A stretch of DNA of 64,000 nucleotides from Candidatus Omnitrophota bacterium (lineage in GTDB: Bacteria; Omnitrophota; Gorgyraeia; 2-01-FULL-45-10): assembly GCA_026387175.1 (NCBI GenBank), contig JAPLME010000008.1, forward strand, positions 13,091 to 77,090. Direction: 5' to 3'. Positions 50,601 to 57,933 of the stretch are shown in pieces. Positions within the stretch are counted from its first letter, which is position 1; every line of letters begins with the position of its first letter. Under the pieces are notes generated by a model. It searched no databases. It saw only the letters and a program-made list of their open reading frames with translations, and was not told the DNA's origin. The position numbers and the translations under genes are program-made.

Positions 50601-52836
50601 AGATATAGATGAAGCAAGGCGATTTTTCGCGCAATTCCCAAAAAATATATTATGGCAACTTTCCGTTGATAAATTTCATGAAGAGCAGTTTGCGCGTATG
50701 CCGGGCAGGGACAAAGATTCCCTTCAAAGAGTGGTAAAGGTTATGGAGCAATTAGCCGAGGAAGGTTTAATAAAGACCGCATATATAGCGCGGATCGAGC
50801 CGGGCGAATCCAGCAGGAATCTTATAGGGTATTTCGATTTGGAGAGTAAATATTATTCCGACTACAAGAGTATTTTTATAAACAAGGTTGTAGCTCAAGG
50901 CAGCGCCATTGCGAATATAGCTACTGCGAAGCCGCTTGATAATGAGGACGTTAGAAATCACGGCTTTGTTCCCAGTAAGCTCTTTCCTTTTATTGACACC
51001 GAGGGCAATTTCGTTACATCAGATCATGTGGCGTATATGACGGGAAATCAGAGAAAAGAGCTATCAAAGAAAATTCCTAAGAGAGCTATGGTAGTAGGCA
51101 ATATCAATTCTTCTCCATTAGGGAAGATCATCGCGGATAGACTCATATTTGGTAATTACAAAGACTGGATTTACATAGAAGAACTTGACCGGGTTACCTT
51201 TAAAGATGTGGTAAGAGCCCTGATACTCTATCAAAATGGGGATAAGAAGACGGCCATGTCAACCATGTTAAGTTTATTCAGGAAAAGCATAGAAAGCCCA
51301 AAGGAAATATTAAAAATCACCCACCATCTCACGGATCGCTTAAAAGACATCTCACTAATAAATTTTATCGAAGATTGTGAAAATAACGGGATTACTATTA
51401 TTGAAAGACAGGGAAAGAATAAAATTGATTTAGCTATGGCTGTGGGGATATTTCAGAAAAGGACAGACGTTTACCGTGACTTTGCAGAAGCGTTCGCTGA
51501 AGAGTATGAGGCTGAAGAAAGTAAGATACCTCTTCTTTATTTTTATGGTCCCTGTCCGATTTATGGTGTCTCATCAGGGTACTTTCAATTTCGAAATGAT
51601 AATGAGAGATTCTTCTCCGGAAGAGATCGCGGTTTTTATATTTCTATGCGCACAGGTTCGCCCGATGTTATTGAGGAACGTTTTATTAAAGATATGGAAC
51701 TTGCCGCGGATGGTATTGTGCACCATCCTGTTGGAGCGCTATATGATAAAAGAGATAGAAACTATCATTATGTAGTGGTGGAAGAAAATGGCGTAGACGT
51801 AGATGATGCGACTGAAATCAATGAGTTTGTCAGTGAGGCAGTTTTAGTGAACTACCACAAAGATAGTAAAATAGGCTGGAATATTAAAAAAATAGGCGAA
51901 TTTGCGGCAAAGCTCGATAAACACAATGTTAGTATAACAGCTAATGACTGCCGCAGATACAATACTATGCTATTACAGCGTAACAATGGCGATATTATGC
52001 TCTGGGGCCATTACACAGTTAAACGTGATCCTTGGGCGCCTAGCGCAAAAGACATGTTTAATGAACTGTTTCATGAAACACTTGAACGCGCATTTTCTCC
52101 GAAAGATAATAGATTAAAGTATTTAATGAAAATAGTGGACACCAATTTTATAAAAGGATATAACTCCGAATTTAATAAAGGTGGCATAGTGCGCTCGAAG
52201 GATATTATGCCACAGCCGCTCTTGGTATCAGTCCAAGAAGAAGCGTCCAAAATACATGCTGAAAATCTTGAGCATACCCCAGCTATACCGGATAAGACAA
52301 TAATATGCCACATCATCGCGGGTTCGATACTCCCTGCAGGGCAAAGAAATGTGCTAAAGACGCTTGAACAGAATATGAGAGATGAGAAATACAGCGAGAA
52401 AGTGGTGTCGCTATCAGTCGAAGATTCGGGCAGCCCGGAAGAGTTTATGAAGGAATTGGAAATCATAAAGGCCCGCGAGGAAGCCAAATATCCAGGTTAT
52501 AAAGTCCAATTCGACGTCGCCTGTCCTGATAAAGATCTTGTGAGTGCGATACAGGACAAAGGAATGCGCGCGCTCGCTTTCGCTAAAGAAGGAGACGGTG
52601 ATATAGTCCAGGTTGAAGGCATTATCTTGGCCTTGCGGGCTCTCCAGACAGGAAGCATAGATAATCTTATTAAGGTTTACAAGCTTCTCACAGGCAAAGA
52701 ATTCTCGCCAGGTACGAATGATATCAATGAATTAGCAAGGATGATGCTATTTATCCTGCCTGTTCGAAAAGTAGATCTTAACGCCCTCAGTGCACTGAAC
52801 AAAATTATAGAAGAGAATATCAAAACCGCGGCATAA
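44617..52836 (+). CDS. Giant mosaic protein 2: signal-like N-terminus, radical SAM, ChaN/TIKI-like, nucleotidyltransferase-like, DUF89/ARMT1 phosphatase, uridine-kinase-like P-loop, wHTH, radical SAM, conserved C-terminal domain
   Basis: CNNDCLFC (45508); GDMH..ALE..GRNH; GS..DID; DNHGE..DDVT..KGAGN; DGLASAGKTT..IVEG; SIERDL; CPFNCSHC..GEP..TNG..SVD. Start placed at ATG 44617 by alignment with giant gene 1 and the promoter position (the ORF track starts at 44548). Confidence 0.85.
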   Translation: MYIFKMQYSILFRAIALFVACLFLANDISWAVPSSYSNYLETTTTLAVESRLKPFFEKHGLDFQNMFSVYCVTAELRNLIMKREVRDSDIVRLNRNLPQDEIQIERETVKSKFIKAASFESTGKDYKYAILNFKKSGKRIKMAFVDSKLESSERLELGIKTENDIDHFSSPGLEGVWFINIKPSSNFGSGNAAQTIYEMLSSYGDKEDILSDHGKRVLACIRDGSVSSDILGFDINKLRGSTLPQAIEQLVLPVEHGGLNNGKNSFFISPEEYLEKNPQWASSRFSIFPKSIRLVKGCNNDCLFCLAEGRRSVQSLPYPIAAQRILRTHFKRDGMRGRARAVAYYHGDEDIFHYIDKICGANIADLISFEQKFPSPVRFYTEMYTAGYSPFDPSMAYVKDAIGQLRGQKINERTYRIFITYHLFRPEIEEAILQKDKGKLIRAVRAYMRMYKELFLCQPGLEVLNRSALEEDANSSRVIKTIAAIQAQVLKHLKNEDETKEASPVFYDRCINWTRGHKAKSEFERLRKAESEDPELTAFLDSLVIEEIVAGWGAPPNAGPESPAQKGMSTHDTPSIDTGKLIEANEALSRVENYLRSDKIVIFGDMHRGELKPQDDEVWDRELFLDYVEQMGKLSMNFSVALELPYQLEDKLNDPSVSVEEFLDEYYKLIANEYSDEITRINSEIRGPYLYRLLTALKHFKIPVILIGDINGQLNGGFTTIDRIEQSNEDMTRKLLEGRKKYSNDSVLVMVGRNHVVPKVNPIWLGGREINSIPEMLRESATNVKLIRPDDIQHDEEDLAKFDLVIKVDGERQNEYLARQKDMSMRDASPIDRNGLSSLLFTRNRDGEIFLNIPVFEKIVNSVHSSRVLGSARYLSDLEGFVPLSKCKNDIDIMLFNQIGAKDKSAIIAKLVTELEKYGIVKIGQNGESVTVRFPGSEENAVLHITDQWNLNTIIYDIVRYQGNCLSMLQKIREGDIGPSLSDKTVKIYLSVSYYFGDPELYRSRLREFLDCKNEHEFEKLKDIIFRQDLDTLAERMHSLLDEEKLGVVRERINMKEPLESSRMGTNSALDLTALVNKLVEEISSKQAPEWMAQAYRPGRVLVSAEREGNDTIDAKIKQAKQHIMLATQDPILQARAEQALELLRRHPRVPELMILEFEGVAHRLIKLITGNEQAYQEYKRKLDEAIQPLYLQIRDQILKIPDRKEALRTAVIYAGIVNLLDITHAASIQEIADGLGVKIDFSKGLPSPTDIQYVLNKVYEYVVNEKAIIIDELEDFLARLEKNPPGGTILYFTDNHGEFTFDQLVIEQLLLAGYKVAVVSRGETVRDDVTRDEATTLLKANPNFRAFFADGRLTVTTDGSYFLGADLNQSTQHPDFLAAWRQSVGYISKGAGNFHTLFGQRLSLPGLYIRMMKKSQNSYQLLEEARGLTFSKKTPYDLALVYQPEVSSNGVSPRPGWAPLAGTDESTISRYGFQGKLIATDLDGLFEKIGDMVAEKDGRLLAVDGLASAGKTTLVKGNNALQVKGLKTYLENRFGRPVICLERDWFLKSREERKAVCAHLHPDEIFTEEAETHFDNEAYVQKLTEVLEFLNTKGPPGETYQLKGKAYNWISEKVDADLSDMGYVPPIPRNAIVIVEGQHTLAKTNPGFFDVKVFVDVADTGKTLERAVQKEMGRDEVRRRSADDIRKRMRQVDIPSSRALQERGNYMEHMDFVVMNDDLSRPLIYQSMGGDALLKANEGDVSLPISGKISPAGSIYSVFEYLCEHNITDKYHAISGNILAKAVGEEHVVRQKALSPKSIERDLRALLRLRLIKKGPRIGTAKDAPYYVPEAVKKKAYRILPVLEQFRGRDLRPTIPRLDDVYKNQILPILTESDIGSATLAFRLMNALTYADVKEDFNVMVTYKCPFNCSHCLAKDALRVGKGKDAEKGQLFALFDQLKGFKRIHIVGPGEPLAYGKDKLLKPGISKDFLEVIRYAAERIEEIRIVTNGYLFPEDIDEARRFFAQFPKNILWQLSVDKFHEEQFARMPGRDKDSLQRVVKVMEQLAEEGLIKTAYIARIEPGESSRNLIGYFDLESKYYSDYKSIFINKVVAQGSAIANIATAKPLDNEDVRNHGFVPSKLFPFIDTEGNFVTSDHVAYMTGNQRKELSKKIPKRAMVVGNINSSPLGKIIADRLIFGNYKDWIYIEELDRVTFKDVVRALILYQNGDKKTAMSTMLSLFRKSIESPKEILKITHHLTDRLKDISLINFIEDCENNGITIIERQGKNKIDLAMAVGIFQKRTDVYRDFAEAFAEEYEAEESKIPLLYFYGPCPIYGVSSGYFQFRNDNERFFSGRDRGFYISMRTGSPDVIEERFIKDMELAADGIVHHPVGALYDKRDRNYHYVVVEENGVDVDDATEINEFVSEAVLVNYHKDSKIGWNIKKIGEFAAKLDKHNVSITANDCRRYNTMLLQRNNGDIMLWGHYTVKRDPWAPSAKDMFNELFHETLERAFSPKDNRLKYLMKIVDTNFIKGYNSEFNKGGIVRSKDIMPQPLLVSVQEEASKIHAENLEHTPAIPDKTIICHIIAGSILPAGQRNVLKTLEQNMRDEKYSEKVVSLSVEDSGSPEEFMKELEIIKAREEAKYPGYKVQFDVACPDKDLVSAIQDKGMRALAFAKEGDGDIVQVEGIILALRALQTGSIDNLIKVYKLLTGKEFSPGTNDINELARMMLFILPVRKVDLNALSALNKIIEENIKTAA

Positions 52837-52848
52837 AGAGTCCCCTTA

Positions 52849-52877
52849 TTGCTTTTCGTATAGAGTTAGCATATAAT
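52849..52877 (+). promoter_or_regulatory. sigma70-type promoter for tatD
   Basis: TTGCTT-N17-TATAAT, 10 nt before the ATG. Confidence 0.55.
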
Positions 52878-52887
52878 TGTATCTATT

Positions 52888-54258
52888 ATGCTGATAGATA
52901 CACATTGCCATCTCGACTTCAAGGATTTCGATCCTGACCGGGATGATGTCATAAATAGAGCATTGAAAGCCGGCGTGATGAAGATAATCAATGTCGCCAG
53001 CTCCATCGAAGGGTCACACCGCTCCGTCGAGCTTGCCAATAAATACGATATGGTCTACGCGACTGTCGGTGTTCATCCGCACGACGCGAAATCTGTTACC
53101 GATAGCGCTATCTCCGAACTCAAAGCGCTTGCCAAAGATAAGAAGGTGGTGGCGATAGGCGAAGTCGGATTGGATTATTATCGCAACCTTTCCCCCAAAG
53201 AAGACCAGGCCTCCGCTTTTAAGAAATTCGTATATCTTGCGCTCGATCTCGATCTGCCGCTTATTATCCACGCGCGGGAAGCCGATCGCGATGCGCTGGA
53301 TATGCTGAAAAGCGAGAAAAGAGATGCCTTGCGCGGCGTCATACACTGTTTTTCTGGCAATGCCGATTTTATGAAAGAATGCCTCGACATAGGATTCTTC
53401 ATATCCTTCACCGCCAATATAACTTTTAAGAAAGCCGACGATTTAAGAATGGTGGCGAGGGATATTCCGCCGGAGAGGCTCTTGCTGGAGACAGACGCGC
53501 CGTTCCTCGCGCCGCAGGCGATGCGCGGCAAGCGCAACGAGCCGGCGTATCTCACTCATCTCGTAGGTGAATGGTCGCGACTCCTCGACCTCTCCAAGGA
53601 TGATGTTGCCAGGATCACTACACATAACGCAAATTCACTGTTTAAGCTCAAACTGGACGAATCATCGAAGATCGCTTATGAGATCAGGGATTCGCTTTAC
53701 TTCAATATAACCAATAGGTGCACCAACTCCTGCGATTTCTGCGTGAGAAATCAGACCTCTTTTGTCAAAGGCCATAATCTTAGGTTGGATGAAGAACCGT
53801 CCGCTGAAGAGATAATAAAAACTATAAACCCCGCGAAGAAATATAAAGAGATAGTATTCTGCGGCTATGGTGAGCCGACCATGCGCCTGGACGTGATAAA
53901 AGAGGTTGCTGGCGCCCTGAAGGCCCGCGGGGGCGTTAAGATCAGGGTTGTGACTAACGGACACGGAGATCTGATAAATTCCAGAAATATCGCCAAAGAG
54001 CTTGCGGGGCTTGTGGATAAAGTTTCGGTGAGCTTGAACACCGATACGGCTGAAGCATATAACAAATACTGTAAGCCTGAATTCGGCCCGGACGCCTATG
54101 GCGCCGTGATCAATTTCATAAAAGACTGCGTAAAAAATAAGATCGAAGTCGAAGTGACGTGCCTGGACCTGCCGGGGGTCGACTTAAAGAGATGTGAAAC
54201 GATAGCGAAAGAGCTGGGTGGTATATTCCGTCCCAGATCGCTCGGGGTGGTCGGATGA
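52888..54258 (+). CDS. tatD: TatD family DNase fused to TatD-associated radical SAM domain
   Basis: DTHCH, GVHPH, GEVGLDY, ETDAP; then YFNITNRCTNSCDFC and FCGYGEP. Confidence 0.92.
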   Translation: MLIDTHCHLDFKDFDPDRDDVINRALKAGVMKIINVASSIEGSHRSVELANKYDMVYATVGVHPHDAKSVTDSAISELKALAKDKKVVAIGEVGLDYYRNLSPKEDQASAFKKFVYLALDLDLPLIIHAREADRDALDMLKSEKRDALRGVIHCFSGNADFMKECLDIGFFISFTANITFKKADDLRMVARDIPPERLLLETDAPFLAPQAMRGKRNEPAYLTHLVGEWSRLLDLSKDDVARITTHNANSLFKLKLDESSKIAYEIRDSLYFNITNRCTNSCDFCVRNQTSFVKGHNLRLDEEPSAEEIIKTINPAKKYKEIVFCGYGEPTMRLDVIKEVAGALKARGGVKIRVVTNGHGDLINSRNIAKELAGLVDKVSVSLNTDTAEAYNKYCKPEFGPDAYGAVINFIKDCVKNKIEVEVTCLDLPGVDLKRCETIAKELGGIFRPRSLGVVG

Positions 54259-55310
54259 GCAGGCTTTCCGGTTTTCTTAAAAGAGAGCGGCTCTACATAC
54301 TTCTTCTCGTATTTGTAACGATAGTGACTGCGTTGATATTGTTTACGCCGTCTGATAAAGTCAAACCTTCAGTCAATGTCGCAGATAAGCCCGCATCCGT
54401 AATGCCGGGAGAGAAGGCTTCAAGTGACCGCGAAGCCGTAGAAAAGGCATTGGCCAAAAATAAATATCTCTCTTTCACCCTCACTCTAATATCGCTTCTT
54501 GTGATTGCGCTATTTTTGCTGGGGGTCATAATAGACACGCTTCTTATATTATCCCGGTCAGAGAGAAATAAGGCTGATATAAGCACTTATAAAGCGCAGA
54601 AAGCAAAGTGGGGAATATGGGACGTTTTCAAAGTCGTCATTCTCTATCTTTTCTTCGTATATATACTACTGATCTCCGAAACTTCTCTTGTACGCGTCTT
54701 TAAGATGCTGAAGGATGATAACTTCAGGATGATCTTGAACACATCAATAATGGACATCCTTGGCATTGCTTTCATATTAAATTTTGTTGTCGTGCAGTAC
54801 AAAACGGGTCTTATATCGCTGGGATTATCGGTAAAGAACTTTTTTAGAAATGTATATTACGGGATCGTCGCCTATATAGCGCTGATACCCGTCCTTATAG
54901 GCATAATATCGGTGATAGCCATCGTGATAAGCCTGACAAAATACTCTCCGCAAAAACAGGCTGTAGTGGAGCTGTTCTTCAAGGAGAAGGACGTGTCGTT
55001 TTTATTATATACGAGCCTCTTCGCGGCTGTGGCCGGCCCGATAGTCGAGGAGATATTCTTCAGGGGGTTTCTTTACAGCGCTATAAAAAAATATATCGGG
55101 ATATTCTGGGCGACGCTTATTTCTGCAGCGTGTTTCGCGCTTCTCCATGCGCACCTGGTCGGGTTCCTGCCTATACTGGCGCTCGGCATTCTTCTCGCAT
55201 ATTTGTATGAGAAGACGGGGACTCTTGTGTCGTCGGTCACTGTACATATGATACATAATATTGGAATGGTGCTTTTAGTCTTTCTTGTAAAGCAGCTGGG
55301 AGTCTATTGA
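54255..55310 (+). CDS. CPBP (CAAX/Abi) intramembrane metalloprotease
   Basis: PIVEEIFFRG, FALLH, HMIHN. Confidence 0.9.
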   Translation: MSRLSGFLKRERLYILLLVFVTIVTALILFTPSDKVKPSVNVADKPASVMPGEKASSDREAVEKALAKNKYLSFTLTLISLLVIALFLLGVIIDTLLILSRSERNKADISTYKAQKAKWGIWDVFKVVILYLFFVYILLISETSLVRVFKMLKDDNFRMILNTSIMDILGIAFILNFVVVQYKTGLISLGLSVKNFFRNVYYGIVAYIALIPVLIGIISVIAIVISLTKYSPQKQAVVELFFKEKDVSFLLYTSLFAAVAGPIVEEIFFRGFLYSAIKKYIGIFWATLISAACFALLHAHLVGFLPILALGILLAYLYEKTGTLVSSVTVHMIHNIGMVLLVFLVKQLGVY

Positions 55311-55313
55311 TCG

Positions 55314-56417
55314 ATGCCAAAGGTGGCGCTTGCGCGGTGCGAAGATTACGACCTGGACAATGTATATAATGCCGTAAAGAAGTCTATAGATCTTCTAGGC
55401 GGTATCGAGAAATTTGTAAGACCAGGGATGAATGTGCTTCTCAAGCCCAATCTGTTGACTGCCAAGGCCCCCGAAGACGCGGTCATTACTCATCCGGAGG
55501 TTGTAAGGGCCGTTGGCAGGCTCGTACAGAAAGCTGGCGGCGTAGTGTGGGTCGGAGATGCGCCCGGCGGATATGGTAAAAATATTGACGAAATATTTGA
55601 AAAGTCAGGCTTAAGGCATATCGCCAGCGAAGAAGATTTCGAGCTTGTGAAGTTCACGACCGCGAACTTCGTCGATGGTATTCCGATAGCGAAGCAGGTC
55701 TTCGACGCAGACTTTATGATATCGATACCAAAGCTCAAAACCCATTGCGTAACGGTAATGACAGCGGCTATCAAGAATACATTTGGCACGGTGACGGGCC
55801 TTTACAAGGCCGAGTGCCATTCCCGCGCGCCGAGAGAGAGGGAACTGGCTGAGATACTGGTGAAGGTGCACTCGATATCGAAGCCGGGGCTCACCGTGAT
55901 CGATGGCATAGTCGGCATGGAGGGCGATGGGCCGTCCGGCGGCAGTCCAAAGGCGATGAGCGTTGTTATGGCTGGCGAGGATGCGGTAGCGATCGATTCC
56001 TGTATCGCGAAGATGATCGGTTTAAATCCGCTCGATATAGAAGTCACAAAGAAAGCATATGAAGCGGGGCTGGGCGAGGCAGACCTTTCGAAGATAGAAA
56101 TAGCCGGGGACAGCCTCGAAGGTTTCATTGTCAAAAATTTTAAGCTTCCGCAAACTATGCCCTTAAATATTATACCGAGGCCTATATTGAAGTGGCTCTT
56201 AAGCATGGTAGGTTTTAAGCCTGTTATCGATGAGGGGGTATGCGTTCGGTGCGGCCTTTGTAAGACGGCATGTCCGACAGATTGTATAAATATCGAAGAA
56301 CACGCTTGCGGTATCGATTATAAAAAATGCGTCAGGTGCCTGTGCTGCCACGAGGTCTGCCCTTATAAGGCGATCTCGATCAAGCGCAATTTGCTGACCA
56401 AATTAATATGGGGATAG
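55314..56417 (+). CDS. DUF362 protein with C-terminal 2x[4Fe-4S] ferredoxin
   Basis: VLLKPN, THPEV, PKLKTH, KN.FG, GMEGDGP; two CxxCxxCxxxCP motifs. Confidence 0.9.
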   Translation: MPKVALARCEDYDLDNVYNAVKKSIDLLGGIEKFVRPGMNVLLKPNLLTAKAPEDAVITHPEVVRAVGRLVQKAGGVVWVGDAPGGYGKNIDEIFEKSGLRHIASEEDFELVKFTTANFVDGIPIAKQVFDADFMISIPKLKTHCVTVMTAAIKNTFGTVTGLYKAECHSRAPRERELAEILVKVHSISKPGLTVIDGIVGMEGDGPSGGSPKAMSVVMAGEDAVAIDSCIAKMIGLNPLDIEVTKKAYEAGLGEADLSKIEIAGDSLEGFIVKNFKLPQTMPLNIIPRPILKWLLSMVGFKPVIDEGVCVRCGLCKTACPTDCINIEEHACGIDYKKCVRCLCCHEVCPYKAISIKRNLLTKLIWG

Positions 56418-56449
56418 AAATGTTTACTACTAACAATAGGAGAGGCGAG

Positions 56450-56860
56450 ATGAAAAAAATTATCGTGTTATTGGCGGCGTGCGCATTGCTGAGCGGCTGC
56501 GCGACGCCGGGCGATGTCTGGAAAGAGTTCGTAGGCGCCTCCACTAAGGGGATTGAACAAGCAAGGGCGGACGCCATGACGAAGGTCTTCGATTACGATT
56601 ATAAGACGTGCTATGAAAAAGTAGAAGCGTTTGTAAAAACGATGCCCAATGTATCGATATACTCGAAGGATAAGGGTATGATAGCAATATATGTGATCAA
56701 TCCCAATACGACGCCGGCCGGTATCTTTTTCAAGGAGATAGATTCAACCCATACGCAGGTGGATGTATCATCAGAGAGCACGCCTACTAAGGAGTGGGTG
56801 GCTAATAGCATCTTTTCCGAAACAGTTCTGAAGCAGGAGAAGTCGGATATAAAATTCTGA
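56450..56860 (+). CDS. Hypothetical lipoprotein
   Basis: MKKIIVLLAACALLSG-C lipobox. Confidence 0.8.
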   Translation: MKKIIVLLAACALLSGCATPGDVWKEFVGASTKGIEQARADAMTKVFDYDYKTCYEKVEAFVKTMPNVSIYSKDKGMIAIYVINPNTTPAGIFFKEIDSTHTQVDVSSESTPTKEWVANSIFSETVLKQEKSDIKF

Positions 56861-56879
56861 TAACAGACAAGGAGATCGG

Positions 56880-57920
56880 ATGCCGGTAGAGACGATCAAT
56901 TGGAAAAATGGGAAAATAAGATTTATAAACCAGGCTCTACTGCCCGGACAGATGAGGTTCGTCGATTGCGATAATACGGCGAGGCTCTGGAAGGCGATAA
57001 AGACTCTCGAGATACGAGGCGCTCCAGCCATAGGTATCGCGGGCGCGCTTGGGGTAGCACTGGGAGCCAATGCTTCAAAAGAGAAGCGTCCGGACTTATT
57101 TTTGCGTTCCTTGCGCAAAAATATAAAGTATCTCGCGTCGTCGAGGCCTACCGCCGTGAATCTATTCTGGGCGCTGGCAAGAATGGAACGTGTCGCGGAA
57201 TCCAATCTTCATAAACCGGTGGATGCGATAAAGAGATTACTGCTAAAAGAGGCGCTTCAGATACTTGAGAATGACAGAAAGAGCTGCAGGGCGATGGCCC
57301 GTTATGGCACGCGCCTGGTGAATACCGGCGATACGATCCTTACTCACTGTAACGCCGGCGGCCTTGCCACGGCCGATTATGGGACCGCTCTCGGCGTATT
57401 ATTCGAATCGAAGAGGCTCGGTAAGCGCATAAAGGTTTATGCTGACGAGACGCGGCCGTTACTGCAGGGCGCGCGCCTGACAACCTGGGAGCTTCTTCAT
57501 GAAGGTATCGACACCACGCTCATATGCGATAATATGGCGGCGAGCCTTATGGCCAAAGGCAGGATCGATAAGATATTTGTAGGGGCGGACCGCATAGCTT
57601 CTAATGGCGACGCCGCGAATAAGATAGGCACATACTCTCTTGCGGTGCTTGCGAAGTATCATAAAGTGCCTTTTTATGTGGTGGCGCCTGTCTCGACATT
57701 CGATCTTGGCATTAAGACGGGCAGAGAGATCCCTATTGAAGAACGTGACGGTGATGAAGTAAGGACTGTCATGGGTAAAAGGGTGGCTCCGAAGAATGTG
57801 AAAGTTTACAATCCCGCGTTTGATGTTACGCCGAACGGGCTGATAAGCGCGATAGTTACCGAAAAAGGGATATTTAAAAAACCGTACACAAAGACTTTAA
57901 CTAAACTGCGAAGTAAATAG
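56880..57920 (+). CDS. mtnA: Methylthioribose-1-phosphate isomerase
   Basis: IRGAPAIG, RPTAVNL, THCNAGGLAT, ETRPLLQGARLT, NKIGTY, NPAFDVTP. Confidence 0.95.
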   Translation: MPVETINWKNGKIRFINQALLPGQMRFVDCDNTARLWKAIKTLEIRGAPAIGIAGALGVALGANASKEKRPDLFLRSLRKNIKYLASSRPTAVNLFWALARMERVAESNLHKPVDAIKRLLLKEALQILENDRKSCRAMARYGTRLVNTGDTILTHCNAGGLATADYGTALGVLFESKRLGKRIKVYADETRPLLQGARLTTWELLHEGIDTTLICDNMAASLMAKGRIDKIFVGADRIASNGDAANKIGTYSLAVLAKYHKVPFYVVAPVSTFDLGIKTGREIPIEERDGDEVRTVMGKRVAPKNVKVYNPAFDVTPNGLISAIVTEKGIFKKPYTKTLTKLRSK

Positions 57921-57933
57921 TCAGGGCCGTTGT

